A stretch of DNA of 64,000 nt. Origin: a virus. Taxonomy: Duplodnaviria; Caudoviricetes. The stretch lies in the IMG/VR virus record IMGVR_UViG_3300033070_001349, positions 1-64,000 of that record, one strand, 5' to 3'. The position numbers and the translations under genes were made by a program. Below are positions 33,411-44,238 of this stretch, piece after piece. A model generated the notes under the pieces. The model made no database searches. It was not told the DNA's origin and worked only from the letters and a program-made list of their open reading frames with translations. Numbering within the stretch: the first letter of the stretch is position 1; every line of letters begins with the position of its first letter.

Positions 33411-33572
33411 ATGAACCGAACCAAGGACAGGACGACGGCCCGAGGGGAGAAGCGGTGCCCCCGGTGTCGCGGGGCGACGCGGGTGGAACCGGCCGCCGAG
33501 GGGGCCTACCGGGTGTGCTCCTGCGGGTGGAGCAAGCGCCGCGGTCCGGCCACATCGGGCCCCTCGTCGTGA
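33411..33572 (+). CDS. 53-aa Zn-ribbon protein absent from the ORF track
   Basis: MNRTKDR...CPRCRG...VCSCGW; GTGA overlap with the next gene. Confidence 0.6.
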   Translation: MNRTKDRTTARGEKRCPRCRGATRVEPAAEGAYRVCSCGWSKRRGPATSGPSS

Positions 33573-34366
33573 CGGTCGCCCACTTCCTCCTCGGGGTCCC
33601 TCGGCCCCCACCGGGCCCTGCGCGGGACGTGTTCGAGTGCACGCACCGGGTCTGCACGGGGTGCCGCGGGGGCGGTCTCTCCATGGTGACCCCTCGGGGG
33701 CGCGGCGGGGCCGTGCAGGCGAAGTGCCCGGTCTGCTACGGCGCGGGCTCGGTCCGAGAGAAGGTCGAGGAGGCGGCCGAGGCCCTCGTCTCCCGGGGGC
33801 TCGCCGCCCTCGACCTCCTCGACCCCGGGGCCTCCCGGCGCCTGTGGTGGAACGGACCTGGGCCGGGGCGGGTGCAGTTCGGTCAGGGCGAGTGCGCCGT
33901 GTGTAGCTCCCCCGGGGGGTGGTACGCCCCCACCCCCGAGAGCCGGTGGTCCCGGAGCATGGAGGCGTGTCCGGCCTGCACCCGGCTCCCGCTCCCCCCG
34001 ACGGCCACCGAGCTCTACCACTGGGCCGTGTGGGGCCTCGTCCTGACCGAAGGGAGGGACCGGCCGGACCGGATCGAGCGGGCGGAGTCCCTGGCCCGCG
34101 AGCTCCTCCCCGGGGCTGTCATTCTGTGGCGGGTCCTCTCCGAGGAGGCGCTCCGGCGCCACCACCGGACGCAGGCCAAGCGGATGCTCACGGGGGCCGA
34201 GAAGCTCGCGGCCATCTTCTCCGGCCAGCGGTCGGGGTACATATGGCAGGACCGGCCGAGCTTCGCGAAGCTCTCCCCGGCGATGGACGCGATGATCGAC
34301 CTCGGGGTCGAGCTCCTCGGGGTCTACAAGGACGCGGTCGTCCTCGGGGTGTCCGCCGTGCGGTAG
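33569..34366 (+). CDS. Zn-finger hypothetical protein (paralog family)
   Basis: EEAAEALVSRGL..LLDP..RR...CAVC...CPAC...AESLARELLP..ILWRV. Confidence 0.65.
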   Translation: MTVAHFLLGVPRPPPGPARDVFECTHRVCTGCRGGGLSMVTPRGRGGAVQAKCPVCYGAGSVREKVEEAAEALVSRGLAALDLLDPGASRRLWWNGPGPGRVQFGQGECAVCSSPGGWYAPTPESRWSRSMEACPACTRLPLPPTATELYHWAVWGLVLTEGRDRPDRIERAESLARELLPGAVILWRVLSEEALRRHHRTQAKRMLTGAEKLAAIFSGQRSGYIWQDRPSFAKLSPAMDAMIDLGVELLGVYKDAVVLGVSAVR

Positions 34367-34386
34367 CCTCTTTCGCTCAAAGGGGC

Positions 34387-34414
34387 TTGACTGTTGGTTT
34401 CTATGCGCTAGGTT
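34387..34414 (+). promoter_or_regulatory. class-I promoter, leaderless arrangement
   Basis: TTGACT-N16-TAGGTT-N6-GTG(34421). Confidence 0.8.
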
Positions 34415-34420
34415 GTACGA

Positions 34421-37400
34421 GTGAGCAACGGCAAGCGCCCCAACCCTGAGCCCTCGAAGAAGTCGGTGCTCCGCGGCTACGACCGCGAGGCCCGGCGCAT
34501 GGCGAAGAAGGCGCGGCGGCGCCTCGGCCTCCTCAACACCGCACCGAAGGGACGATGACCATGGCCCTGAGCGAAAGAGCGCATAGACGGTCCCTCGTTC
34601 GTGCGGTAGACGAGGCGGCGCGTCGGCGGTTCGGACGACACGCGGCCTTCCGCGTGTACTGTGACACGAGCGACGGGGACCCTGAGGCCTTCGACGCCTG
34701 TCTCCAATACACAAGACGCCCCGCGGGAGCCTCCGGTGCCTGCATGTTCCCCGCCCCTCCCGACCGAGTCCTCACCGCCCCTACCGCCGTAGAGGCTCTA
34801 AGCCTCCTCCTCAACGCTCTTCTGAAGAAGGGATGCCCCCGCCAATGAGCACCGACCAACCTACCGAATCCGACCTCCGCGAAGGCATCCGGGTTCTCGG
34901 CACCGTGCTCCGGCGCCTCCGCTGGGACGACCAGGGCGGCTACCCCGGCCTCTACAAGGGGGAGTGGGACTTCGCGAGCACGTCCCTCCCGCAGACCACC
35001 CCCGCGGAGCTCGACGCCCTCTTCAAGCTCGCGGGCATCGTGCCCGACGAGATCGTCCCGCTCGGGTCGTGCCGGGAGTGCGCTCACGCCTCGGACGGCC
35101 GCGAGCGCGGCTACGCCAACCCGTGCGGGGGATGCAAGCGGCCCCGTATGTCCAACTTCGTCCCGCTCGCGAGCGTCCGGGGGGCCCCGATGAGCGACCC
35201 GCTCCCCCTCTGGTTCCGCACCGCCCTTCGGGATGGCGGGGAGTGGAAGTCCCCCGAGGAGCTCGGGTGGCCTGCGGATGCCGCGGCGGTCTCGGAGGGC
35301 TTTCTCCTCGGCCTGCGCGAGCCCGACGGGGTCTACGACCTCCACCTCACGGCGTCGGCCGGGTCCTACCGCTGGAAGGACTCTACCGGGGCGGTGTCCC
35401 AGTTCGCATTCGCCACCCTCCTCGGGGAGACGGCTCGCGTTGCCACACGCGGTGACACGGTCGTCGGTGCGACCTGTCGATCGGCCACCCGCCCCAACCC
35501 CGAGGCCTGAGGATCCCCCATGACCGACCACATCGGCCGTCTCACCGACGCCCTCGACAACAGCCTGCTCTCCGCGGGGACCATCGCGGACCTCGGCGAC
35601 CGCACCGACCCGGGGACCGACCACGCGCGGCGCGTGGCCTCTGACAGCGTCAGCTACGCCGCGGACCTCCTCAACACCTCGTGCGCCCTCCGGCGGCGGA
35701 TCATCGACCGACCGGCCTACGAGGGGCCGATGCCGGGGGAGACCCAGGAGAGCCATGTGGCTCGCTACCGGCGGGCCGAGGACGCGCTCCGCCGAGTCGA
35801 CGCGATGACCCGCCGACTCCTCCTCCGCTCGCTCGACCTCGTCCTGACCCCCACGCCCCAGGAAGGCTGAACCCGCCATGTCCGTCTACGCCGCCCTCAT
35901 GTTTGGCTTCGTCTGCGACGAGCGGAACCCGACGACCACGGACCGGGCCCGGGTCGCGGCCCGAACCCTCAAGGTGGAGGTCAAAGAGGGCCAGAACGTC
36001 ATGGCCGCGATCTTGGCTCACCTCGGGCTCGTGGCCCTCCCCGGGGTCCACGTCGATCACCACGAGTACCTCGTCGGGGTGCAGTTGGCCGGGACCGAGA
36101 ACAACGACTTCTCTAAGGTCGAGCGCACGGCCCCGACCCACGAGGAGGTCGCACGGGTCGAGCGGCTCTGGCGGCTCCTCGGGGGGCCCGAGTTCGCCCC
36201 CGCCCCCGCCCTACGCCTCACCGCCTGGAGGGGGTGAGATGGGCCGTCCCCCGTACGCATCCCCTACACCCGAGCGCCGCTCCGTCACCATCGCGGCCCT
36301 CTGCCGGGTGGGGCTCAAGCTCGCCGACCTCTTCGCCGAGAAGGGCCTTGAGGTGACGGACGTTCCGCGGGAGTGGCTCCAGGGCTGCGAGCGGTGGGCC
36401 GCCGGGGAGGGCAACGGCCGCGAGCTCGTCCGGTACTCGAACGCCCTCACCCGCACCTACGCCGAGTTCGCGAAGCGGGACGGGCGCCTCCCCGTCTACC
36501 TTCTCTTCAACTACTGCCTGAAGGTCTCCTCCGTGCGCTCCTATGTCTCCCTATACAAGGACCACCGACTCGGCGACCTGACCCTGATCCTGACCCTCGA
36601 ACGCGCCGGGGAGTGCCTCCTCCACCTGGGTCTGGTCACGAGACACGTTGACGGGAACCTCGTGGCGAAGCGCTGGTACCTCACCGAACGCGAGTCGACC
36701 CTCTTGACCAATCCCTCGAAGACCCCGGAGACCCCATGAGCAACGACGAACCCGCCCTGACCGATACCACCCCAGACGCCACCGACGCCCACGCCGACTG
36801 GTGCGTGCGGCGTGACGGCGGGGCCTGTAACTGCGGCCGGGCCCGCAACGAACAGCTCCTCGGCCTCGCCGCCGTGGGGGTCGTTGACACCGCCCTCGCC
36901 GCCCTGACGGGCCTCCCGCCGCCGAGCGCGCCCGCTGGGCTCCCCACGGGTGCCCAGGCCCGGCGCCTCCGGGAGGCCGCCCCGCCCGGCCCCTACACCG
37001 CGAGCTACGTCTCGGAGGGCTCCTCGACGGTTCGGAACCGCCACGTCGCCGTCGCCCGCCTCTTCGGCCCGGGGCACGAGGAGGCCGCCTCGCTCCTCGC
37101 GGCCTCCTACACCCTCACCCTGGCGGTCGGGCACTACGAGCGGCTCTACGAGCTCTCCCTCTACAAGGAGCTCGACCTCCAGCGCCGGGTGGCGATGATG
37201 CGGCTCGCCGCCGAGGGCTACCCCGAGCTCCCCCTCAAGACCACCGAGGAAGTCGACGCCTCGGCCGCGAGGGGCGAGCTCTGGCGGTGCATCGTTGACC
37301 CCGTGTCAGAGCACCCGGCGCTCTGCGCGGACCACATGACCCCCGAGCACGCGCACGAGCACGCGGCCAGCCTCAAGGACTTCGAGGCGGCGGTCACCCG

Positions 37401-38174
37401 GCGCCTCGGGCGCAAGCCCCTCCGGGTCCGCTGGTGGCGGCTCGACGCCCGAGGGGCGGTCCTCCTCGAAGACCCCGCCGAGGCCCCGGCCCCCCTCCCC
37501 CCTCGGCCCGCCGGGCTCATCACGGGCGTCGAGGCCCGGAAGCTCCGTGAGGAGGCCCGCGAGTTCTACCAGAGCCTCCGGGCCGTCGGGGAGGACGTGA
37601 TCCTCGTCGAGGGCGACGGCAAGCCGCGGGTCAACGAACCCCCGGTCGCCGAGTGCCCCCACGGCGGCGTCGCCCGGCTCTTCGCTGCGGCCCCCGCCCT
37701 CGCCCGGACAGTCGAGTACCTCGCCGCCGTCCTGACCCTCGAACCCAAGGACCCGTGATGCCTACCGCCATGACCTCCGAAGCGGACCCCAAGCTCCTCG
37801 ACCTGTACTCCGACCTCTTCGCGCACATCCCCCTCCGGGACATCAACAAGGTGTGGACCGACGCCTGCGAGGTGTGGCTCCACTACGCCCAGGAGCTCGA
37901 ATACACCATCCGGGCGCACAACGACCTCGTGGGGCTCCCCAAGGCCACGGGGTACGACGTGGCGTGCATGAACGTGGTCCGGGCCGAGGCCCGGCTCGAT
38001 GCCGCGGTCGACATGCTCCATGGGGTGCTCGCCAGCATCCACCCCGGCGCGGCGGCCTCCCTCGACGCTCTGCGGTGGCGCCCGAGCGCGAAGCCCCTCC
38101 CGTCCGGGGAGTACGAGTTCCCCGACATCGGACAGGGGCACTCCCTGTTCCGGCGCATCGGGGACAGGCTCTAG
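34421..38174 (+). CDS. run of eight hypothetical genes
   Basis: 34421-34558 (45-aa basic), 34555-34848, 34845-35510, 35520-35870, 35878-36237, 36239-36739, 36736-37758, 37758-38174. Confidence 0.55.
35749..35764. repeat. 16-bp palindrome, copy 9 (in CDS)
   Basis: AGAGCCA-TG-TGGCTCG. Confidence 0.82.
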
Positions 38175-38197
38175 CCTTCCTTTTCGACCTCGGCTGG

Positions 38198-38225
38198 TTG
38201 ACTCCTCGGATCTATGCGCTAGATT
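38198..38225 (+). promoter_or_regulatory. class-I promoter
   Basis: TTTCGAC-N9-TTGACT-N16-TAGATT; GAGGAG SD before ATG 38245. Confidence 0.8.
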
Positions 38226-38244
38226 AGGCAGAGGAGACCCGACC

Positions 38245-39585
38245 ATGCCCCACACCGCCGCGCCGACCCACCCCGCCCCGTCCCGCCCCGACTGGCGGGC
38301 CGTACCCTACGCCGCCGAGGTCATGGCCCACAACGGCCCCTGGCTCGCGTACCACGGCACCGACCCGGCCGTAGAGGGCCCCGTCAGCACCATCACGCTG
38401 CGCGACGGTATGGGCACCACCATCGCGGGCTACTCGCCCGAGGGGTGGGACGAGGGGGGCCGGTCCGCCTACGCCAAGCGGATCGGGGCGTTCCTGTTCG
38501 TCCCCGCCGACCCGACCCGCACGGCGATCGGGAGTCTCCCAGCGGCCGTGCCGTGGCCGGTCTTCGACCTCGGCGCCGCGGACCCCCAGCGGGTCGAGGA
38601 CGGTCTCGGCCGTATCAAGGCCTTCCTTACCGGCGAGGCGGTCCTCAAGGCCCCCGACGTGCACGGGGCCCTCCGCCGTGTTCTGCGGGCGGGCCGCGGG
38701 ATCGACACGATCGAGACCTACCAGCGCATCAACCGCTTCGGGCTCCACGCTACCCTCACGGCCCTCGGGTGGGCGTGCACTCGAACGGTCGAGGGGTCGA
38801 TCGAAGGCCAGTGGATGGAGGCCGAGGAGTGGCGGAAGCTCGCGGGGGAGCACCTCAATCGGGCCTCCTCTGTCTTCCTCCCGCTCGATCCGGGAGCGAT
38901 GAAGCGGTGGAAGCGCCACCTCCGCGAGTGGATCGCCCCCGTCGTGACGGAGGCGGAGTCTACCCTCTCCACCGAGGAGTTCCTGGCCGTGGCCCTCTTC
39001 ATCTCGGAGACCGGGGAGGAGGGCTCTTCGACGGGGGAGGCGAGGCTCGCGCTCCACGCGCTCGAAGGCTGGGCCGCCCCCGCGACCCCCGTCCCGCCCG
39101 CGACCGCCAACCAGGAGACCTTCAAGGCGGTCCTGGCCGCGCTCAAGGCGGAGCACGACCGGCTCACCGTGGAGGCCATGGGGATGCTCAGGTCCCCCAC
39201 GGTCCACGCGATGCTCGCGAAGATCCAGGGCCTCGGGGTGGCGATGGACGCGGTCCACGCCCTCGCGAAGAAGGCCACCCCCTGAGAGCCACATGGCTCC
39301 GTCCGCCGCGGGAGTCCCCTCATGCCCATCTACATCCAGAACGGCCGCCGGACGGTGGGGGACCAGAGCCTCCCCGTCCTCAACTTCCACGTCCTGACGA
39401 TCCACCTCGGGAGCTTCTTCGCGCCACCGTCTGACACCAGGGACGAGCGGAGGACGAAGGTGGTGTGCGAGCGATGCGGCGCGGAGGCCCTCGCCTTCAT
39501 GGGCGGACCCTCTGGGCTCTCCTCGGGCCTCGCCCACATGGCCCAGGCCTTCAAGGACCCGTGCCCCCGAAAGGACGACCCGTGA
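38245..39585 (+). CDS. two hypothetical genes
   Basis: 38245-39285, 39322-39585. Confidence 0.55.
39285..39300. repeat. 16-bp palindrome, copy 10 (at a stop codon)
   Basis: AGAGCCA-CA-TGGCTCC. Confidence 0.88.
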
Positions 39586-39630
39586 CCCCCTACACCGACG
39601 CCGCCAACCCTGCGTTTCGCCCCAAGGGGG

Positions 39631-39659
39631 TTGACTTTGTGGGCCCTATGCGCTAGGTT
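39631..39659 (+). promoter_or_regulatory. class-I promoter, leaderless arrangement
   Basis: TTGACT-N17-TAGGTT-N7-GTG(39667). Confidence 0.8.
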
Positions 39660-39666
39660 GCTGTCC

Positions 39667-40479
39667 GTGATCCCAGCCCCTCCCTCGCAGAAGCTCCCCT
39701 GGTCCGCAGGCGTACTCGTGGCCCGCGACACCGGCACGACCCAGTACCTCACCGTGAAGTGCAAGGGGGGCTACGGGCTCCCCTTCGGCAAGGTCGATCC
39801 GGGGGAGCAACCGGCCATCGCCGCGCGGCGCGAGTGCCGCGAGGGGACCGGGATCGAGGTCCTGAGCGCGACGATCCTCTACGCCGCGGAGTGTGACGGT
39901 CGGTGGGCCGTGACCTACCTCGTGACCGCCTACGAGGGCGAGCTCCGGTCGAGCGCGGAGGGCGAGGCCCGGTGGCTCCCATTCGACTACCTCCTCGGGC
40001 CCGGGAGCCGCTTCCCCGAGTACAACCGCGGGGTCCTCGGGGCCCTTGTCGCCGAGCGCCTCAAGTGCGCCGACAAGCTCCGGGCCCTCGGTAAGGGGGG
40101 GATCGACTACGACTCCCCGCGCCAGACGCTCGCCGAGCTCGAAGCGAGGCCCGACTTCGCGGCCATCTCCCCCCTCGCTCACATCACCCCTGAGGCTCTC
40201 CGCTGGGTCGCCGAGCGCCGGAGCTTCCAGCGGGCCAACCCCGAGTCGTTCCTGGTCGAGCGCCGGGGCGCCACGGCCAACGCGCGCCTGTGGGTCCCCC
40301 TCCAAGGACACCCCGCGCCGGGCATCGACGGGGCCACCCTGGCGCGTCGATCCAGCTACGCCACCGCGGTTCGGACCTTCCTCGCCGAGCTCGCCACCCT
40401 CTGTCACGTTCCGCCCCACGTCGTTCTCGCCGAGGCCTTCCTCGCGCGGACGATCTTCCCCGAGGAGACCCCCCCATGA
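39667..40479 (+). CDS. Nudix hydrolase with an unknown C-terminal domain
   Basis: Nudix box GKVDPGEQPAIAARRECREGTG. Confidence 0.85.
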   Translation: MIPAPPSQKLPWSAGVLVARDTGTTQYLTVKCKGGYGLPFGKVDPGEQPAIAARRECREGTGIEVLSATILYAAECDGRWAVTYLVTAYEGELRSSAEGEARWLPFDYLLGPGSRFPEYNRGVLGALVAERLKCADKLRALGKGGIDYDSPRQTLAELEARPDFAAISPLAHITPEALRWVAERRSFQRANPESFLVERRGATANARLWVPLQGHPAPGIDGATLARRSSYATAVRTFLAELATLCHVPPHVVLAEAFLARTIFPEETPP

Positions 40480-40850
40480 CCGACACCCCCATCACGCCCC
40501 CCGAGGGCGACACGCCCCCCGAACCCCACACCGAGAAGCGCCACGGGCGCCCCCCCGTCGAGTTCGACCGCGACGCCGCGATGCAGCGCGTGGCCGCGGG
40601 CACCTCCACGGCGAAGGTCGCCCTGGAGTTCAAGGTCCACCGATCGGTCATCGACCGCGAGGTTCGCGCCCGCGGGGGCCTCGCGACGCTCCGCGCCCCC
40701 ATCCCCCGCACCGGCCTCGCCCCCCGGAACGAAGAGCTCCGGCGCAAGGTGGCCGAGCTCGTCGACCAGGGGCTCAAGCAGTCGGCCATCGCGAAGGCGC
40801 TCAAGGTGTCCAAGCAGCGGGTCTCCCAGATCCTGAACGAGACGACGTGA
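40476..40850 (+). CDS. protein with two HTH motifs
   Basis: GTSTAKVALEFKVHRSVI and GLKQSAIAKALKVSKQRVSQIL. Confidence 0.7.
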   Translation: MTDTPITPPEGDTPPEPHTEKRHGRPPVEFDRDAAMQRVAAGTSTAKVALEFKVHRSVIDREVRARGGLATLRAPIPRTGLAPRNEELRRKVAELVDQGLKQSAIAKALKVSKQRVSQILNETT

Positions 40851-41716
40851 GCGACCCCGTCATCCCCGTCCCGAGCTCGGCCGACCCGGTCGAGGCCTTC
40901 CTCTCGACCCTCAAGTCGGGGCCGCGCAAGACCGCCGCCCGGCGCCTCGCCTCCCCCATGAGCACGGGTACCCTCGCGGTCTTCGTCGACCGGCTCATCG
41001 CGGACGGCTACACCCTCGACCGGCTCGCCCTGAGCGACGGGGCCGAGACCCGCAGGCTCCACGAGAGAGCCGCCGCCCTCTCGCGCGAAGCCCCCCTCGG
41101 GAACCCGAAGCACCCGCAGAGCATCGCCCTGGCCGAGACCAGGGCCCTCATCGCCCTCGGGGTCTACCAGGAGACCCGGCGCCTCCGGCACCCCTCCGGC
41201 GCCTCCTACTGGGAGGACACCCTCGGGAAGATCGCCTTCGACTACGCCGAACACAGGATGGAGGGCCTCACGGGGGCGAAGGTCCCGGGCCTCCCCGAGG
41301 GGGTCGGAGTGTCCGTCCCGGTCTCCGTCGGCGGCGGTCGGTCGGGGTGGCTCTCCCTCCGGGGGAAGCACCGGCTCCTCGAACTCCCGGGCGGTCGCGT
41401 CGAGCCGGGCGAGAGGCCCGTAGACGCCGCGGTCCGCGAGCTCTTTGAGGAGACGGGCTTCCGGGTCTCGCGCAGTGACCTCGTGTGCCTGTGGACCGGG
41501 ATCATCAACAACGGGGAGAACTCCTACGCCCGGGTCCACCAGTACCTGCACCCTGCGGGGATCGCGGCGGCGCAGGCGCGCGAGCTCCGCACGGAGACCG
41601 GGGGCCGATGCCTCGTCTCCACCGCGGAGGAGCTCTCAGCGCCCACGGCCCGGTTCCCCGCCCTCTACCGCCTCGTCCTGACCCTGGCGGCCAAGCCCAT
41701 CCCCCCGAAGCGGTGA
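40847..41716 (+). CDS. unknown N-terminal domain fused to a Nudix hydrolase
   Basis: PGGRVEPGERPVDAAVRELFEETG. Confidence 0.85.
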   Translation: MSDPVIPVPSSADPVEAFLSTLKSGPRKTAARRLASPMSTGTLAVFVDRLIADGYTLDRLALSDGAETRRLHERAAALSREAPLGNPKHPQSIALAETRALIALGVYQETRRLRHPSGASYWEDTLGKIAFDYAEHRMEGLTGAKVPGLPEGVGVSVPVSVGGGRSGWLSLRGKHRLLELPGGRVEPGERPVDAAVRELFEETGFRVSRSDLVCLWTGIINNGENSYARVHQYLHPAGIAAAQARELRTETGGRCLVSTAEELSAPTARFPALYRLVLTLAAKPIPPKR

Positions 41717-42402
41717 CCCCCGTGGCCCCCGCCCTCACCGTCCAGTACCGCGGGACCTGTGGGGTGTGCTTCGAGCCCCACATGCTCACCGAGGCCCTCA
41801 CCGTCCGTCACCACGGGTGGTCGCAGCCGGGCAAGCACACCAAGCCGGTCCCGCGCGAGGCCTGGGAGAAGGGGTCCTGCTTCGGGAGTTGCCGCAGGCC
41901 CTACGAGCTCTCGGCCTCGGCGCCCAGGGCCTACCTCCACGAGGTGCTCTTCCCGGTGGCCGTCCAGCTCGACGCCTACATCGAACAGCTCCGCGGCCAG
42001 CCCCCGCTCCGATTCTCCGGGCGGACCCCCGTCCCGGGGCGGCCGGGCTACGTGGGGGAGCACCGGACTGGGGCCTTCGAGGTCTGTCTCCGCCCCGGCG
42101 ACCCGCACGGCAAGGGCATCCCCTCCTACTCGGCCCACCTCGGAAAGCTGATCGAGGAGGCCGTGCGGCGCCACGAGCGGGTCATGGCGGAGGGCCTGCG
42201 GTTCGTCGAACGAGTCGAGCGGTGGTCCCTGGCCCCGGTGGTGCCCGTCGGTGCCAAGCACGCGACCGCCCACCGGGAGAACCCCAAGCGGCCCGGCTTC
42301 GCCGTGTGTGGCAAGGACCTCCTCCCTCGCCGTGGCCCCCGGCCGAAGTACGCCGCCGCCCTCTCCGAGGTGACGTGCCTCCGGTGCCTCCCCACGCGGT
42401 GA
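41713..42402 (+). CDS. hypothetical Cys/His protein
   Basis: GTCGVC...HHGW...CFG; VTCLRC. Confidence 0.55.
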   Translation: MTPVAPALTVQYRGTCGVCFEPHMLTEALTVRHHGWSQPGKHTKPVPREAWEKGSCFGSCRRPYELSASAPRAYLHEVLFPVAVQLDAYIEQLRGQPPLRFSGRTPVPGRPGYVGEHRTGAFEVCLRPGDPHGKGIPSYSAHLGKLIEEAVRRHERVMAEGLRFVERVERWSLAPVVPVGAKHATAHRENPKRPGFAVCGKDLLPRRGPRPKYAAALSEVTCLRCLPTR

Positions 42403-42403
42403 C

Positions 42404-42419
42404 GGAGTCATGTGGCTCC
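42404..42419. repeat. 16-bp palindrome, copy 11 (3 bp upstream of a -35)
   Basis: GGAGTCA-TG-TGGCTCC. Confidence 0.9.
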
Positions 42420-42422
42420 CGG

Positions 42423-42451
42423 TTGGCCTCGGGCGATGTATGCGCTAGGTT
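42423..42451 (+). promoter_or_regulatory. class-I promoter, leaderless arrangement
   Basis: TTGGCC-N17-TAGGTT-N6-ATG(42458; hypothetical gene 42458-42688). Confidence 0.7.
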
Positions 42452-42684
42452 GTGTGTATGGACCTCGAAGCCATCTACAAAGACATGCGGCGCCGCGGGC
42501 TCCCTGAGTGGAAACTACTCGTGACGGGCCGGGAGCCCCTCCGGCTCACCGTCCTGAAGATCCGCAACCGCGCCGACGAGCGCCTCGCCGCCCGCTACTT
42601 CGGCCACCGACTCCCCGGCGCCGTGCTCACCTACGACCGGGTCAGCGCGCCGCCCGGCATGACCCCCGTGAGGACTAGACCCCG

Positions 42685-43509
42685 ATGAGCAACATCCGCG
42701 GCCTCAAGACCGACCCCGAAGCCTTCGAGCCCATCGCCTCGGGGGCGCAGCCCTTTCACGGGCTGTACGTCCAGCCCGGCTCCTACACGGTCGGGGACAC
42801 CCTCCACCTCCGCGAGTTCGCGCAGGGCGTGGGCTACACGGGTCGCGAGGTCCTTCGTCGCGTGACGTGCGTCGTCGCGGACCCGAAGCGCGCGGGAGGG
42901 AGCGGACTCGTGATCCTCGGACTCGCGAACGCCCCGCGCCCGGAACTCGCCGACCCGGACTACGTGTCGCGGCGCGTGACCAGCCTCCTCGCGACGATGG
43001 AGGGCCCCGCCTTCAAGGACCAGTGGAAGCAGACCCTCTACGCCTGGGTCTTGCGGGTGAGGAGCCCGAAGGAGGCGGTGTCCATGAACTCGATCGTCGC
43101 GCTCCTCGGCGCCGCCCGGTGGCGCAAGGCGGAGGTCGAGGGCCTCCCGACCGACGTGTGGGCCGTCCAGACCTCCGACCTCCAGGCGACCCCCCGGGTG
43201 GTGCGGCTCGACCACCTTCACCCCGACGAGCCCCTCCAACTCCGCCCGGCCGGAGCCCCGTGGCGCTACGAACTCGTGACCGACCACACGCGCGGCTTGA
43301 CCCCCGCTCGTGCCCTCGTTCCGCTTACGATGATCGTCGGTCCGGCGCGGAAGGGGGAGGCGATCTACGACTTCGCCGCCGGTCCCCTCCGCCCCGACTC
43401 CATTTCGATCGCCGATCGCGAGGGGCTTCTCCTGGCCGGGGCGGAGGGCTACCTCTACCCGAGGCACTGCCTCGCGTACGGCCTCACGTCCGCCCTCATC
43501 ACGCCGTAG
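42685..43509 (+). CDS. ASCH/PUA (DUF3850-like) domain protein
   Basis: LKTDPEAFEPIASG...YTVGDTLHLREF...YTGREV. Confidence 0.65.
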   Translation: MSNIRGLKTDPEAFEPIASGAQPFHGLYVQPGSYTVGDTLHLREFAQGVGYTGREVLRRVTCVVADPKRAGGSGLVILGLANAPRPELADPDYVSRRVTSLLATMEGPAFKDQWKQTLYAWVLRVRSPKEAVSMNSIVALLGAARWRKAEVEGLPTDVWAVQTSDLQATPRVVRLDHLHPDEPLQLRPAGAPWRYELVTDHTRGLTPARALVPLTMIVGPARKGEAIYDFAAGPLRPDSISIADREGLLLAGAEGYLYPRHCLAYGLTSALITP

Positions 43510-43543
43510 TCTCCGGGCCCTCGGGGTGATACACCCGGCGCCC

Positions 43544-44203
43544 ATGACCCCTGAGCGCAAGTCCATCATCCTCAAGACCGGCCTCGGCCTCGCCGCCCTC
43601 CTCGTCCTGACCCTCGTCGGGGCCTTCGTCGGCAAGCGCTTCTTCACCCCGAACCAACACAACCCCGCCAAGCACGGCACCGTCCAGGTCCGGCTCGGGC
43701 CCGGGTGGACCGCGGCGGAGCGCGCAACGATCCTCTCTGAGTTCCCGATGCTCGAACGCCTCGGCCCGCGGTTCGAGTGGGCCCCGGACGGCGACCTGAG
43801 CGCCCCCTCTCCCCCCGGCCCGGTCCGCGGGATCATCCGCCACGTCGTGGTCTACCGCGGCGACTGGGGGCCCGCCGGGTGCCGCTCGCGCGGGTTCGGC
43901 GCGGGCTACTACGACACGGTCGCCTACACGGTGTGGGTCGACCCGGTCTGCGCCCCCGGCGAGGCCCTCGCAGCGGTCTTCGCTCACGAGGTCGGCCACG
44001 CCCTCGGCATGGGCCACGTCTGCCGGTCGGCCGGGGACACGACCCCCGACGCCCGGTGCTCCCCGGTGGGCTACGACCCGCACTCCGTGATGAACCCGGG
44101 TATGCCCGAGGCCAGCGGCCTCGACCTGTCGGTGCCCCCGCTCGCGCCGAGCTACAAGGACCTCGAAGAGTTCAACCGCGTGATGCTCATTCGACCCGAG
44201 TGA
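43544..44203 (+). CDS. membrane-anchored metzincin (matrixin-like) Zn metalloprotease
   Basis: N-terminal TM helix; HEVGHALGMGH; Met-turn SVMNP. Confidence 0.85.
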   Translation: MTPERKSIILKTGLGLAALLVLTLVGAFVGKRFFTPNQHNPAKHGTVQVRLGPGWTAAERATILSEFPMLERLGPRFEWAPDGDLSAPSPPGPVRGIIRHVVVYRGDWGPAGCRSRGFGAGYYDTVAYTVWVDPVCAPGEALAAVFAHEVGHALGMGHVCRSAGDTTPDARCSPVGYDPHSVMNPGMPEASGLDLSVPPLAPSYKDLEEFNRVMLIRPE

Positions 44204-44204
44204 C

Positions 44205-44232
44205 TTGACGCCCTCAACCCATGCGCTAGATT
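44205..44232 (+). promoter_or_regulatory. class-I promoter, leaderless arrangement
   Basis: ATTCGAC-N9-TTGACG-N16-TAGATT-N6-ATG(44239). Confidence 0.8.
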
Positions 44233-44238
44233 AGGCGC

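Noticed and set aside
40847-41260. N-terminal domain of the second Nudix gene as a polyvalent-protein/DarA-type domain (KIAFDYAEH)
   Set aside because: The resemblance is from memory only and needs an HMM search.
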